From Dehalococcoidia bacterium (lineage in GTDB: Bacteria > Chloroflexota > Dehalococcoidia > Plut-88900): a DNA stretch of 64,000 nt. Positions 9,801 to 18,928 of the stretch are shown piece by piece. The DNA is taken from the NCBI GenBank assembly GCA_965197645.1, contig OZ240219.1:1568001-1632000 (forward strand). Direction: 5' to 3'. Within the stretch, counting starts at the first letter, position 1. The number at the start of each line of letters is the position of its first letter. The notes beneath the pieces are model-generated. The model made no database searches. It was not told the DNA's origin and saw nothing but the letters and a program-made list of their open reading frames with translations. The translations under genes and the position numbers were made by a program.

Positions 9801-10853
9801 CTACCCTGATGGCTGGTCGTTCGTAATGCAGTGGACGCCGCCGCCCCAGTACCACAGCTCCAACGTCTCGACCATCACCACTTCCCGTCCAGGGAAGAAG
9901 CCTTTGAGCGTCTCTATAGCGGCGTTGTCCCACTCGGGCACTCCGAAGCCGGTCATAATGACGGCATCGTTGGCTACGTACCAGTTGGCGTAGTTGGCGG
10001 ACATGGGTACACCCTTGTACGTGACGCTGCCCGGTACATCCAGCCTGACCACTTCCAGGCCGGCATCGGCTACTATGGCGGCTGCTTCCTCGTAGACCCA
10101 GGCGTTTTCGGCCTGCTGGTCCACGTACCTGGGAATCACCACCGTATCCTCATCTATGAACCGGGTTATGGCATCCACGTGGCCGAGGGTGACATCGTCG
10201 GAGGGGCCGGAGAGGAGCCAGATCACATTCGACACTCCGAAGGCCTCCTTGAACAGCTCTTCCATCTCCTCCTGGCTTACACCCGCATTGCGGTCATTCA
10301 GCACAGACCAGGAGGTGATTAGCGTATCGACGCCGTTGAACTCCAGGGTGCCCCGTTCGTTGATCAGATCGTAGACCTCCCGCCGCTGTCCGACGGTGTC
10401 CGCCACGTATGACGGCACCGAGTTGTCCTTGGAGAACTGATGCGTCAGGTCTCCCCAACCATCGAAGCTCCAGTCCTGGACCACCAGGCCCGATCGGTCA
10501 ACGGCCCAGACCGGTCCGTTGTCCCTCATCCAGCTCCAGTCGTAGTCCGCTATGTGCCAGACTATGTTGTCCAGCGATATCTCACGATCTTGTAAGTACC
10601 GTTGAGCGGCGTCCCTGGCGGCGGCGCTGGCGACCAGCAAGTTGACCGGCTCGAACTGCTTGATGGCGCTGACGACGTTGGCGAAGTCCGCCCGGTGGCT
10701 GCTTTCTAATTCGCGAGGCCACTGCATCCAGGTTGCCTCGTGGGGCTCCCACTCCGCCGGCACCCGTACCGATGGGCCCTCCTCGGAGCACGCGGCCGCG
10801 AACAGGCTGGCCGTAAACAGGGATGCAAAGAGCAGCTTCCAGACAAGGCTCAT
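9801..10853 (-). CDS. Agmatine/peptidylarginine deiminase family lipoprotein
   Basis: PAEWEPH, WMRDNGP, GHVD, GGGVHCIT (catalytic Cys); start set at ATG 10853, giving signal MSLVWKLLFASLFTASLFAAAC. Confidence 0.85.
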   Translation of the reverse strand: MSLVWKLLFASLFTASLFAAACSEEGPSVRVPAEWEPHEATWMQWPRELESSHRADFANVVSAIKQFEPVNLLVASAAARDAAQRYLQDREISLDNIVWHIADYDWSWMRDNGPVWAVDRSGLVVQDWSFDGWGDLTHQFSKDNSVPSYVADTVGQRREVYDLINERGTLEFNGVDTLITSWSVLNDRNAGVSQEEMEELFKEAFGVSNVIWLLSGPSDDVTLGHVDAITRFIDEDTVVIPRYVDQQAENAWVYEEAAAIVADAGLEVVRLDVPGSVTYKGVPMSANYANWYVANDAVIMTGFGVPEWDNAAIETLKGFFPGREVVMVETLELWYWGGGVHCITNDQPSG

Positions 10854-10900
10854 CAGCGATCGATTATTCCCTCGCATCAATGCAGAGCCAGGCGGCCGGT

Positions 10901-12037
10901 CTAGTTCAGAGGGAATCCGTACAACCGGGCGGCGTTCTCGCCGACTATCTTCCGCTTGTCCTCCTCCGAGATGCCCTCGAAGGTCTCCTGGATGACCTCC
11001 TGGGAGTGGGGGAAGGTGCCTTCGTCGTGGGGATAGTCGCTGCCCCACATCATGCAATCTACGCCTGTGAACTCGATGTTGTGGAGCCCGATGGGGTCAT
11101 CCCCAAAGGTGAGGTATCCCTGGCGGCGGAAGAACTCGCTGGGCTTCATCTCCAATCGAGGGAGCTGCCACATATGACGCCGTTTGAACACATCGTCCAT
11201 GGCGTAAAGCGCCCATGCCAGCCAGCCGGTGCCGCACTCCACCAGCACGAACTTCAGGTCCGGGTGCTCCTGCAAAGCTGCGGAAGCCGTGAGCATGCTC
11301 AGGGGGCTCATCGCCTCCGCCATGCCGAGCACCATGCCGGTCAGGTCCTCGCCCCGCTGCTCCTTATCGACGATCTCTTCGTAGGGCTTGTCCACTTCCC
11401 TGGACTCGCTCGCGGTGAAGACGTGGAAGCTCATGGGGATGCCGCTGTCCTCGATGGTTTGCCAGAGGGGGCCGTATGCCTTCTCGGTGTACGGAAGGGC
11501 CGGTCTGCTGACCGGTAGGGATATGGATCGAAATCCCATGTCGGCCACCCGCTTGACCTCTTGCACCGCCCCGTCAACGTCGGAGGTCTGGATCACAGCC
11601 GATGGAACGAACCTGTCCGAGTGCTTGTGGAACGTGTCCGCGTACCAGTTGTTGTACAGCTTGGCCACCGCCGACTGGTACTCTGCGCTGGGCGAAGCGA
11701 AGACCCGGAGAATCCCGTTGGGGTAGATTACCTCGCCGGTGACCCCATCCTCTTCGATGTCGGCCAGCCGTTGGGGAATGTCGGCGCCGCCTGCCTGGTG
11801 AAATCCCCCAGACACCTCCTCGCCGCCTCGGAACTCCTTGCGCTTGTCGTCCTCGTTCATGGGCAGAGGCGCCTCCATCGGGTTGCGAGGGCCTATCCCG
11901 TCCACGACGTAGTAGTCTTTGCCGCTAATGTTCTCGATGCGCGGGGCGCGGCTCTTCAGGTGTTCCGGGAGCCCGTCGTATAGGTCCGCGGGCTCCTCGG
12001 CATGGGAATCGGCGGAGATCACCAGTAGCTCTGACAT
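10901..12037 (-). CDS. Amidohydrolase family 2 (TIM-barrel metallohydrolase)
   Basis: ISADSH, SFH, VECGTGW, WGSDYPH, NAARLY. Confidence 0.9.
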   Translation of the reverse strand: MSELLVISADSHAEEPADLYDGLPEHLKSRAPRIENISGKDYYVVDGIGPRNPMEAPLPMNEDDKRKEFRGGEEVSGGFHQAGGADIPQRLADIEEDGVTGEVIYPNGILRVFASPSAEYQSAVAKLYNNWYADTFHKHSDRFVPSAVIQTSDVDGAVQEVKRVADMGFRSISLPVSRPALPYTEKAYGPLWQTIEDSGIPMSFHVFTASESREVDKPYEEIVDKEQRGEDLTGMVLGMAEAMSPLSMLTASAALQEHPDLKFVLVECGTGWLAWALYAMDDVFKRRHMWQLPRLEMKPSEFFRRQGYLTFGDDPIGLHNIEFTGVDCMMWGSDYPHDEGTFPHSQEVIQETFEGISEEDKRKIVGENAARLYGFPLN

Positions 12038-12125
12038 AACAAACTCAACCCTTTCCGTTTTCCGATGTAACCGGGCCCGTTCACGTGAGTACGGTCTCGC
12101 CAGGCCTCGTCATTGTTGCCCGTGG

Positions 12126-13226
12126 CTAGCTGTCGGGAAAGCCGTACAACGAAGCCGAGTTGCCGTAGACTATCTTGCGTTTGTCCTCTTCCGATACGCC
12201 CTTGAAGGTATCCTCTATCACCTGCTGGGAATGAGGGAACGTCCCTTCGTCGTGGGGGTAGTCGCTGCCCCACAGCAGGGCTTCAGGGCCGATGAAGTCC
12301 AACATCTGCAGCGCCACCACGTCGTCGCTGAAGGTGGTATGACCCTGGCGCTTGAAAAGCTCGCTGGGTTTCATCTCCAGCTTAGGCTCTATCCACATAT
12401 GCTTGCGCTGGTATTGGTCGTCCAGGGTGTAGAGGACCCAGGGTAGCCAGCCTGCGCCGCACTCGACTATGACCATGTGGAGATTGGGGTGGCGCTGGAA
12501 TATGCCTGAGCTGACGAAGTGGCAGGCGGGATAGACGCCTTCGGCCATGCTGATGACCATGTAGGAGAGGAACCCGCCCAGGTTCTCGTCGCCGGCGTTG
12601 TCCGGCAGATGGTCGACAGTCCCTGTGTTGAAATGTAGGCTCAGAGGCATTCCGGTCTCCTCCAGGGCGTCCCACAGGGGCTCGTATACCGGGAGGTTGT
12701 AAGGCTGGTAGTCGATATGTATGGGTGAGCTGACCAGCTTGAATCCCTTCTTGGCTACCCTGTACACCTCTTTCACCCCTGCGTCCACATCGATGGTAGG
12801 GACTATGGCGGTGGGAGCGAATCGATCGGAGCGCTCACCGAAGACGTCAACCAGCCAGTCGTTGTAGCCTTGGGCCACGGCGAACTGGTAGGCGGGGTCC
12901 GGGGACATGAACAGGGGCAGCCCGTCGTTGGGATAGATCACCTCGGCCACGACCCCGTCCCTATCCTGGTCATTCAGCCGATGTTCGATATCCGTCCCGC
13001 CCGAGGGGTCTTCGCGAAAGTCCCGGTTCTTGTCGTCCTCGTCTATCTTGGACTCGGCGAGATCGAAACGCCGGGGCTTTCTGCCCTCCACGATGGACCA
13101 CTGCGCCCCGTCGATCTCCTCCATGCGGGGCAGCCGATGATGGTACTCGGCTGGGACACGGTCCTGGTACATTTCCGGCGGTTCCTGGACGTGGGAATCG
13201 GCCGAGATGGCTGGCATACGATCCAT
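12126..13226 (-). CDS. Amidohydrolase family 2
   Basis: ISADSH, SLH, VECGAGW, WGSDYPHDEGTFP. Confidence 0.9.
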   Translation of the reverse strand: MDRMPAISADSHVQEPPEMYQDRVPAEYHHRLPRMEEIDGAQWSIVEGRKPRRFDLAESKIDEDDKNRDFREDPSGGTDIEHRLNDQDRDGVVAEVIYPNDGLPLFMSPDPAYQFAVAQGYNDWLVDVFGERSDRFAPTAIVPTIDVDAGVKEVYRVAKKGFKLVSSPIHIDYQPYNLPVYEPLWDALEETGMPLSLHFNTGTVDHLPDNAGDENLGGFLSYMVISMAEGVYPACHFVSSGIFQRHPNLHMVIVECGAGWLPWVLYTLDDQYQRKHMWIEPKLEMKPSELFKRQGHTTFSDDVVALQMLDFIGPEALLWGSDYPHDEGTFPHSQQVIEDTFKGVSEEDKRKIVYGNSASLYGFPDS

Positions 13227-13259
13227 TTCAGTCTCCCTTCTAACTGCTCTCTACAACCC

Positions 13260-14351
13260 CTAGTTGAAGCCGTACAACGAGGCCGAGTTGCCGTGGACTA
13301 TCTTACGCTTGTCCTCTTCCGACACTCCCTTGAACGTATCCTCTATCACCTGCTGAGAATGGGGGAACGTTCCTTCGTCGTGGGGGTAGTCGCTGCCCCA
13401 CAGCAGTGCTTCGGGGCCGATGAAGTCCAGCATCTGCAGCGCCACCGGATCATCGCCGAAGGTGGTGTGCCCCTGGCGTTTGAACAGCTCGCTGGGTTTC
13501 ATTTCCAGCTTGGGCTCTATCCACATGTGCTTGCGCTGGTACTGATCGTCCAGGGTGTAGAGGACCCAGGGGAGCCAGCCTGCACCGCACTCGACTACCA
13601 CCGTGTGGAGCTTGGGGTGGCGCTGGAAGATACCCGAGGTGACGAAGTGGCAGGCGGGATAGACCCCCTCGGCCATGCTGATGACCATGTAAGAAAGGAA
13701 CCCGCCCAGGTTCTCGTCGCCCGCATTTTCGGGCAAATGGTCCGTCGATCCCGTGTTGAAATGTAGGCTCAGGGGCATGCCCGTGTCCTCGAGGGCGTCC
13801 CACAGGGGCTCATACACTGGGAGGTTGTAGGGTTGTTGATCCAGGTGGATTGGGCTGCTGATCAGTTTGAAGCCCATGCCGGCCACCCTGTACACCTCTT
13901 TTACGGCTGCGTCCACGTCTATTACCGGCACCGCTGCAGCGGGAGCGAACCGGTCTGAGCGGGGGCCGAAAAGGTCTGCGGCCCAATCGTTGTAGGCCTC
14001 AGCTACCGTCATCTGAAACTGGGGGTCCGGCGCCGCAAACAGCATGAGGAGGCTGTTGGGATAGATGACCTCGCCCACGACGCCGTCCCTCTCCTGGTCC
14101 TTCAGCCGGTACTCGATATCCGTCCCGCCCGAGGGGTCCTGCCGGAACTCACGGTTCAGGTCATCCTCGGTAACGCCTTCGGCGGCCAGATCGAACCTCC
14201 TGTCCTTTCTGCCTTCCGCGATGAAGTACTCCGCCTCTTCTCGCACCTCGGTGTGGGGGATGCGGGAGCGAAACTCGGCAGGGACCCGGTCCTCGAAGTC
14301 CTCGTTCTCCTGAACGTGAGAATCGGCTGAGATGGCCTTTACGGTGGTCAT
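13260..14351 (-). CDS. Amidohydrolase family 2 (close paralog of 12126-13226)
   Basis: Same motifs; C-terminal half nearly identical to the neighbour. Confidence 0.9.
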   Translation of the reverse strand: MTTVKAISADSHVQENEDFEDRVPAEFRSRIPHTEVREEAEYFIAEGRKDRRFDLAAEGVTEDDLNREFRQDPSGGTDIEYRLKDQERDGVVGEVIYPNSLLMLFAAPDPQFQMTVAEAYNDWAADLFGPRSDRFAPAAAVPVIDVDAAVKEVYRVAGMGFKLISSPIHLDQQPYNLPVYEPLWDALEDTGMPLSLHFNTGSTDHLPENAGDENLGGFLSYMVISMAEGVYPACHFVTSGIFQRHPKLHTVVVECGAGWLPWVLYTLDDQYQRKHMWIEPKLEMKPSELFKRQGHTTFGDDPVALQMLDFIGPEALLWGSDYPHDEGTFPHSQQVIEDTFKGVSEEDKRKIVHGNSASLYGFN

Positions 14352-14419
14352 GAAAACCTCCTCACATAGTCGATACGATTCGGTACCCTGGTTGACATTA
14401 TATTACATACGGACCGTGT

Positions 14420-15403
14420 TTATCGGGTTTCCCGGCGGGCGACCCAACGGGGCTGGTCGCAGATCTTGCCCAGGAACTCCACTATGGTATGGGCGCCCAG
14501 ATAGGAGGTGACGCCCGTGCCGACGTCCAGCTCCGGGTTGACTTCGCACAGATCGAAGCCGACCACGTCGGTGTGCTCCGCCAATGCGGTCAGGCTGTCC
14601 CGCAGCTCCTCGTAGGTCATGCCGCCGGGTTCGGCCGAGACGCACCCCGGCACCAGCGACATGTCCAGAACGTCGATGTCTATGCTTACGTAACACTTGG
14701 CTTCTGCCGGCATCTCCTCCACCAGCGATCTGAAGCCTACGTCCCGAAACTGGCCCATCGTTACCACCCGGTTGCCATCGTCGATCGAGTCCTGAATGTG
14801 GGACTGGACGCTGCGTAAGCTCCGGATGCCCACCTGGGTTATTCCCTTGACGTTGTCCAGGGCGTGGATGTGACGAAAGGCGTGGGAGTTGGTGTACTGA
14901 AACCCGTGGGCGAAGGGCGAGTAGTCTATATGCGCATCGAAGTGCATGACATACAAGGGCCCGTCGTAGGCGCGGACCACGGGAAAGGAGATGGCGTGGT
15001 CGCCGCCCAGCACCACGGGCATGGAGCCCCTATCCAGGACGGCCCGGGTCAGATCGGTGATGTTGCGGAAGGTCTGCTCCGGGTTGGTGGGCAGGACATT
15101 GGCATCGCCCACGTCCACGATGCGTTTGTTCCCCAACTCGTACTCCAGGTACTCCTTCCGCTCCTGGGGGTTGAAGAATCCGGCGGAACCGAACCGCATC
15201 GATTGCTCGCGGAGGCCCCTAGGCCCGAAACGAGAGCCGGGAAGAAAGGGGGAGCCTTCATCGGTAGGGGCGCCCAAAATGGCAACGTCGGCGTCCAGAT
15301 TGTCCAGATCGGTGCATATCTCGGTCCTGAGAAACGATGGTATGCCGACGAAGGGGTAGGTCTTGACGCCCTGGGCTCCCGGCTTTGGCTGGCCTGTGGT
15401 CAT
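14420..15403 (-). CDS. Ureohydrolase (agmatinase/arginase superfamily), non-canonical active site
   Basis: GSRFGP, GGDHAI, DAHID, SIDIDVLD metal-binding motifs. Confidence 0.88.
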   Translation of the reverse strand: MTTGQPKPGAQGVKTYPFVGIPSFLRTEICTDLDNLDADVAILGAPTDEGSPFLPGSRFGPRGLREQSMRFGSAGFFNPQERKEYLEYELGNKRIVDVGDANVLPTNPEQTFRNITDLTRAVLDRGSMPVVLGGDHAISFPVVRAYDGPLYVMHFDAHIDYSPFAHGFQYTNSHAFRHIHALDNVKGITQVGIRSLRSVQSHIQDSIDDGNRVVTMGQFRDVGFRSLVEEMPAEAKCYVSIDIDVLDMSLVPGCVSAEPGGMTYEELRDSLTALAEHTDVVGFDLCEVNPELDVGTGVTSYLGAHTIVEFLGKICDQPRWVARRETR

Positions 15404-15453
15404 TCTTTCCTCCAGGTGAACGTACCGGTCCAGGAGGGGACGGACGGGCTATT

Positions 15454-16671
15454 TTATCTCACTACTCCCTGCGCCCTCAAACCGGCTATCTCATCGTCGC
15501 TGAGTCCCAGTACCCGGGACAGGACGCTGTCCGTGTGCTCTCCCAGCTTGGGCGCCGCCGAGCGGATGGATGCAGGCGTGCCGGTGAACCGCAGGGGGAT
15601 GCCTGTCGTCTTGAGCGTTCCTTCTTCGGGATGGTCCAGATCGACCACGTACTCGTTCTCCAGCGCTTGGGGATCTTCGGAGAGATCTGCCCCTTCCATA
15701 ACCGGCGAGTAGGCAAAGACAACACCCTGTTCATCGAAGCTCCGGACCCAATCGGCCTGGGTCTTGCGGGCGAAAATCTCGTCCAGCTTGGTGATGAGCT
15801 GGGGATTGACGGCCCGATCCTTTTCAGCAGCGTACTTGGGGTCGTCGGCCAGCTCCGGCGCACCGATGACCCTGCAAAACTCGCTCCAGAACCTGTCCGA
15901 GTCCGGCTCGCAGAACATCATCCACCGGCAATCCCTGCATCTGTACCAGTTGAACAGGGGGCTCTGGGGCCTCGTCCGGTCTCCCACCGGGTCGGAGAAG
16001 TGCTCAAGCCCTTCGGGAAAGGCGAGAGCATCGTGGCCTTCCCACAGCGAGAGGTTGACGGCGCCGTGCTGGAGATGAATGGCGCTGCCCAGCAGCGAAC
16101 CCTCCACCTTCTGGCCCTTGCCCGTCCGTTCCCTGGCCACGACCGCGGCCAGGATGCCGTAGGTCATGACGGTGCCCGTCAGCTGATCGAAAAGGCCGCC
16201 CTCCAGAACCTTCGGTTCCTTGGTGACCCCACCGGTGAGGATGGAGGAGAAGCCGGAGCGGGCCTGTATCAAGGTTTCGAAGGCCCTGTTCTCCTTCTGC
16301 GGCCCCCGATGACCGTAGGCACCCACCGATCCGTAGACCAGTCCGGGGTTGTGAGAGGCGAGGGTATCGTAGTCGGCGCCAAGCCGCGACAGAAGGCTTT
16401 CCTGGAAGTTGGTGACAAATATGTCGGCGTCCTTCACCAGCTTGTAGAGGACCTCCCTGCCCTCGTCCTGCTTCAGGTCCAGGGCTATGCTCTGCTTGTT
16501 GCGATTGACGGCCTCGAACCAGAAGGGCGTCCGGCGGAAGGCATCTCCGCCGTCCGGCCGCTCGATCTTGATAACCTCGGCGCCTAGGTCCCCCAGTATG
16601 TAGCCGATGGGCGGCCCGACGTGCCAGACCGCAAGCTCGATTACCCTTATGCCTTCCAGCGGCCCCGGCAT
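15454..16671 (-). CDS. CoA-transferase family III (CaiB/BaiF)
   Basis: PLEGIRVIE, DLGAEVIKIE, NRNKQS, catalytic Asp in FDQLTG, APKLGEHT. Confidence 0.92.
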   Translation of the reverse strand: MPGPLEGIRVIELAVWHVGPPIGYILGDLGAEVIKIERPDGGDAFRRTPFWFEAVNRNKQSIALDLKQDEGREVLYKLVKDADIFVTNFQESLLSRLGADYDTLASHNPGLVYGSVGAYGHRGPQKENRAFETLIQARSGFSSILTGGVTKEPKVLEGGLFDQLTGTVMTYGILAAVVARERTGKGQKVEGSLLGSAIHLQHGAVNLSLWEGHDALAFPEGLEHFSDPVGDRTRPQSPLFNWYRCRDCRWMMFCEPDSDRFWSEFCRVIGAPELADDPKYAAEKDRAVNPQLITKLDEIFARKTQADWVRSFDEQGVVFAYSPVMEGADLSEDPQALENEYVVDLDHPEEGTLKTTGIPLRFTGTPASIRSAAPKLGEHTDSVLSRVLGLSDDEIAGLRAQGVVR

Positions 16672-16691
16672 GATATCCTCCTGGTCGTGAC

Positions 16692-18101
16692 TTAGAAATT
16701 GGCCAGATCGGGTACTTTATCGGCCCATGGCCTGGCCTGCTCCAGGGCCGCCGCGGCCCTGAGCACCGATAGCTCGTCGCCGTGCCGTCCGACAACTTGG
16801 AGCCCTATGGGCATCCCATCCAGGGAGAAGCCGCTGGGCACGGTTGCCGCGGGGTTCCCCGTCATGTTGAAGGCGGCGCTGAAGGGGCTGTAGCCCCACG
16901 CAGGATCGACCTCGACTCCATCTATCACTGTAGGCTGCTCGCCTACGGGAAAGGCGGGTACCGCCATGGTCGGGGTCATCAGCAGATCATAGGTCTCGAA
17001 GAAGTCCTCCATCCGCGCCCGGAACTCCCAGAGCGCCACCATGGCTTGGGCGTACTCGGCCCCCGTTATATCTCTTCCATGCTCCAGGCCTTCTCTTACG
17101 TAGTCCATAAGCTCGTCGGCGTGGTCTCGGAGCAGCTCTTCGCCGTGGTAGGCGTAGTCCTCCGCCGAGCTGATGACGTCGAAGATTTCTGCCGGCGAGC
17201 CCGACTTGGGGGTAGCGTCCTCCACCGTGCAGCCGAACTCCTGGAACAGGTAGGCCGCCTCCTTGGCAGCCGACGCAACCTCGCCGTCTACGCTAGCGTA
17301 TCCCAGGTCGGTGCTCCAGGCTACGCGGAGTCCCTTTACGTCGGCGTCCATCGCCTTGGTGAAATCGGGCGGGGCCTCCCGCATGGTCAGCGAGTCTCGA
17401 CGATCACGACCGGAGATGAGGTTCAGCATCAGAGCCGAGTCCCGGACCGTCCGGGACATGGGACCGCTGCTGGAAAACAGGACCCAGCTCTCCCGTGGAG
17501 AGGGCACCCGGCCCTGGGTCGCCTTGATCCCGAAGACGCCGCAGAACCCCGACGGTATACGTATCGATCCTCCCCCATCGCTGCCCGTGGCCAGGGGACA
17601 TAGTCCGGCCGCCAGCGCCGCGCCGGAGCCGCCGCTTGAACCGCCGGTGGTCCGGCTGGTGTTCCAGGGATTGCGACAATGATCTCCCAGCTTGTTCTCA
17701 GTAGTGCCGGAAGCCCCGAACTCCGGGGTGTTGGTCTTGCCCAAGATTATCGCTCCGGCCTTGCGCATCCGCTCGACGATAATCGAGTCTTCGTCGGGGA
17801 CGTCGTCCTGATACACCAGCGATCCCCTCGTTGTACGAATGCCCTTCGTCGATTCCAGGTCCTTTACCGCTATGGGCACGCCGTGCAGGGGCGGCAGATC
17901 GCCTCCGTTCATCACCGCCTCTTCCGCCTGCTTGGCTTCTTCTAGGGCCTCGTCGGCGCACAGGGTGAGGAAGGCGTTCAGCTTGGGGTTGAGCCTTTCT
18001 ATCCGGTCCAGGTGCTCTTTCGCCGCTTCGACGGGCGATGCCTGCTTGGACTTGATGAGACCGGCAAGCTCGGTGGTGTCCATGAAAGCAAATTGACCCA
18101 C
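16692..18101 (-). CDS. Amidase signature family amidase
   Basis: LHGVPIAVKD, GKTNTPEF, GGSSGGS, GSDGGGSIR (Ser-cisSer-Lys triad); GTG start. Confidence 0.92.
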   Translation of the reverse strand: MGQFAFMDTTELAGLIKSKQASPVEAAKEHLDRIERLNPKLNAFLTLCADEALEEAKQAEEAVMNGGDLPPLHGVPIAVKDLESTKGIRTTRGSLVYQDDVPDEDSIIVERMRKAGAIILGKTNTPEFGASGTTENKLGDHCRNPWNTSRTTGGSSGGSGAALAAGLCPLATGSDGGGSIRIPSGFCGVFGIKATQGRVPSPRESWVLFSSSGPMSRTVRDSALMLNLISGRDRRDSLTMREAPPDFTKAMDADVKGLRVAWSTDLGYASVDGEVASAAKEAAYLFQEFGCTVEDATPKSGSPAEIFDVISSAEDYAYHGEELLRDHADELMDYVREGLEHGRDITGAEYAQAMVALWEFRARMEDFFETYDLLMTPTMAVPAFPVGEQPTVIDGVEVDPAWGYSPFSAAFNMTGNPAATVPSGFSLDGMPIGLQVVGRHGDELSVLRAAAALEQARPWADKVPDLANF

Positions 18102-18262
18102 GGCGGCCTCCTGTTGAGAGATGTGCGAAGGGGACGTGTGGTACTGAGGCTGATTTTACCACATAAGCCTCAACGAAACCGCCGGCCAGGTACCGGACGC
18201 GGAATGTCGGTGGTGTGTTATCCAGGAGTGCCCCGCCCCCAACGTGGACACGGGGGATTTCG

Positions 18263-18312
18263 CTTGTCAAGAGCAATCGTCGTACAATATAATCCTGGTT
18301 GCTCTCGACAAG
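18263..18312 (+). promoter_or_regulatory. sigma70-type promoter embedded in a 14-bp inverted repeat
   Basis: TTGTCA (18264-69), N18, TATAAT (18288-93); arms CTTGTCAAGAGCAA / TTGCTCTCGACAAG with one mismatch. Confidence 0.6.
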
Positions 18313-18342
18313 TGCCACTGTTAGGATCTCGCTTGAGTGGGT

Positions 18343-18732
18343 ATGAGCGAGTGGACGGAGAACATCCCAGACAAGCTAAAGGGTTACGTCCTAGCCCTAT
18401 TTCTCGCGCTCTTCTCTTCAGGTACGGGATTCCTGATTAGCCAAAGCCTGGAGGAACAAAACTGGCAAGAATCCATCATTTACGTCATCAGGCACGGGGG
18501 AGATTTGGCAATCTTCTCCTCAGTGGTAGCCGTAGGGATTGCCGCGATACTAGAAGGGGTGGGGTCTACAGTGGTCATTGCATGGGAAAAGTACAAAAAG
18601 CGGCAAGAGAAGGCGAGAGAGGAAGGGGCAGATGAAGAACGGGAGCAATGGATGAAATGGCGCGAGGAACAGGACATAAAAAGTCTTCCCCCGCATCTTA
18701 ATGGCGAAGAAGAAAGCCCTCCCACCAAGTAG
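18343..18732 (+). CDS. Hypothetical small membrane protein (two TM segments, charged tail)
   Basis: Two hydrophobic stretches then a KRQEKAREEGADEEREQW tail; own promoter; lower GC than flanks. Confidence 0.65.
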   Translation: MSEWTENIPDKLKGYVLALFLALFSSGTGFLISQSLEEQNWQESIIYVIRHGGDLAIFSSVVAVGIAAILEGVGSTVVIAWEKYKKRQEKAREEGADEEREQWMKWREEQDIKSLPPHLNGEEESPPTK

Positions 18733-18928
18733 CCCTCACAATCCGTTTCCTATCAGACCCGCTCCTAAGCCTAGGCTCTCTGGCATCTATAATCTCATCA
18801 GTCCACTTCATGTTTCATGTCGGTGGCGTGATCGGCCAAACCCGCCGCCATTGCTGGAGCCCTGGTAGGCCCTCTATCAATAGCTTCTATAATGGCGTAG
18901 CTGACCCACACCGAACGGGGACCCTGTA

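Noticed and set aside
10854-11057. N-terminal extension of the deiminase ORF in the track
   Set aside because: It overlaps the upstream amidohydrolase in another frame; a signal peptide begins at the Met at 10853.
18190-18230. CCGGACG motif resembling a guanidine-III riboswitch near the guanidino cluster
   Set aside because: The rest of the consensus and the pseudoknot pairing are missing, and it lies on the strand opposite the cluster.
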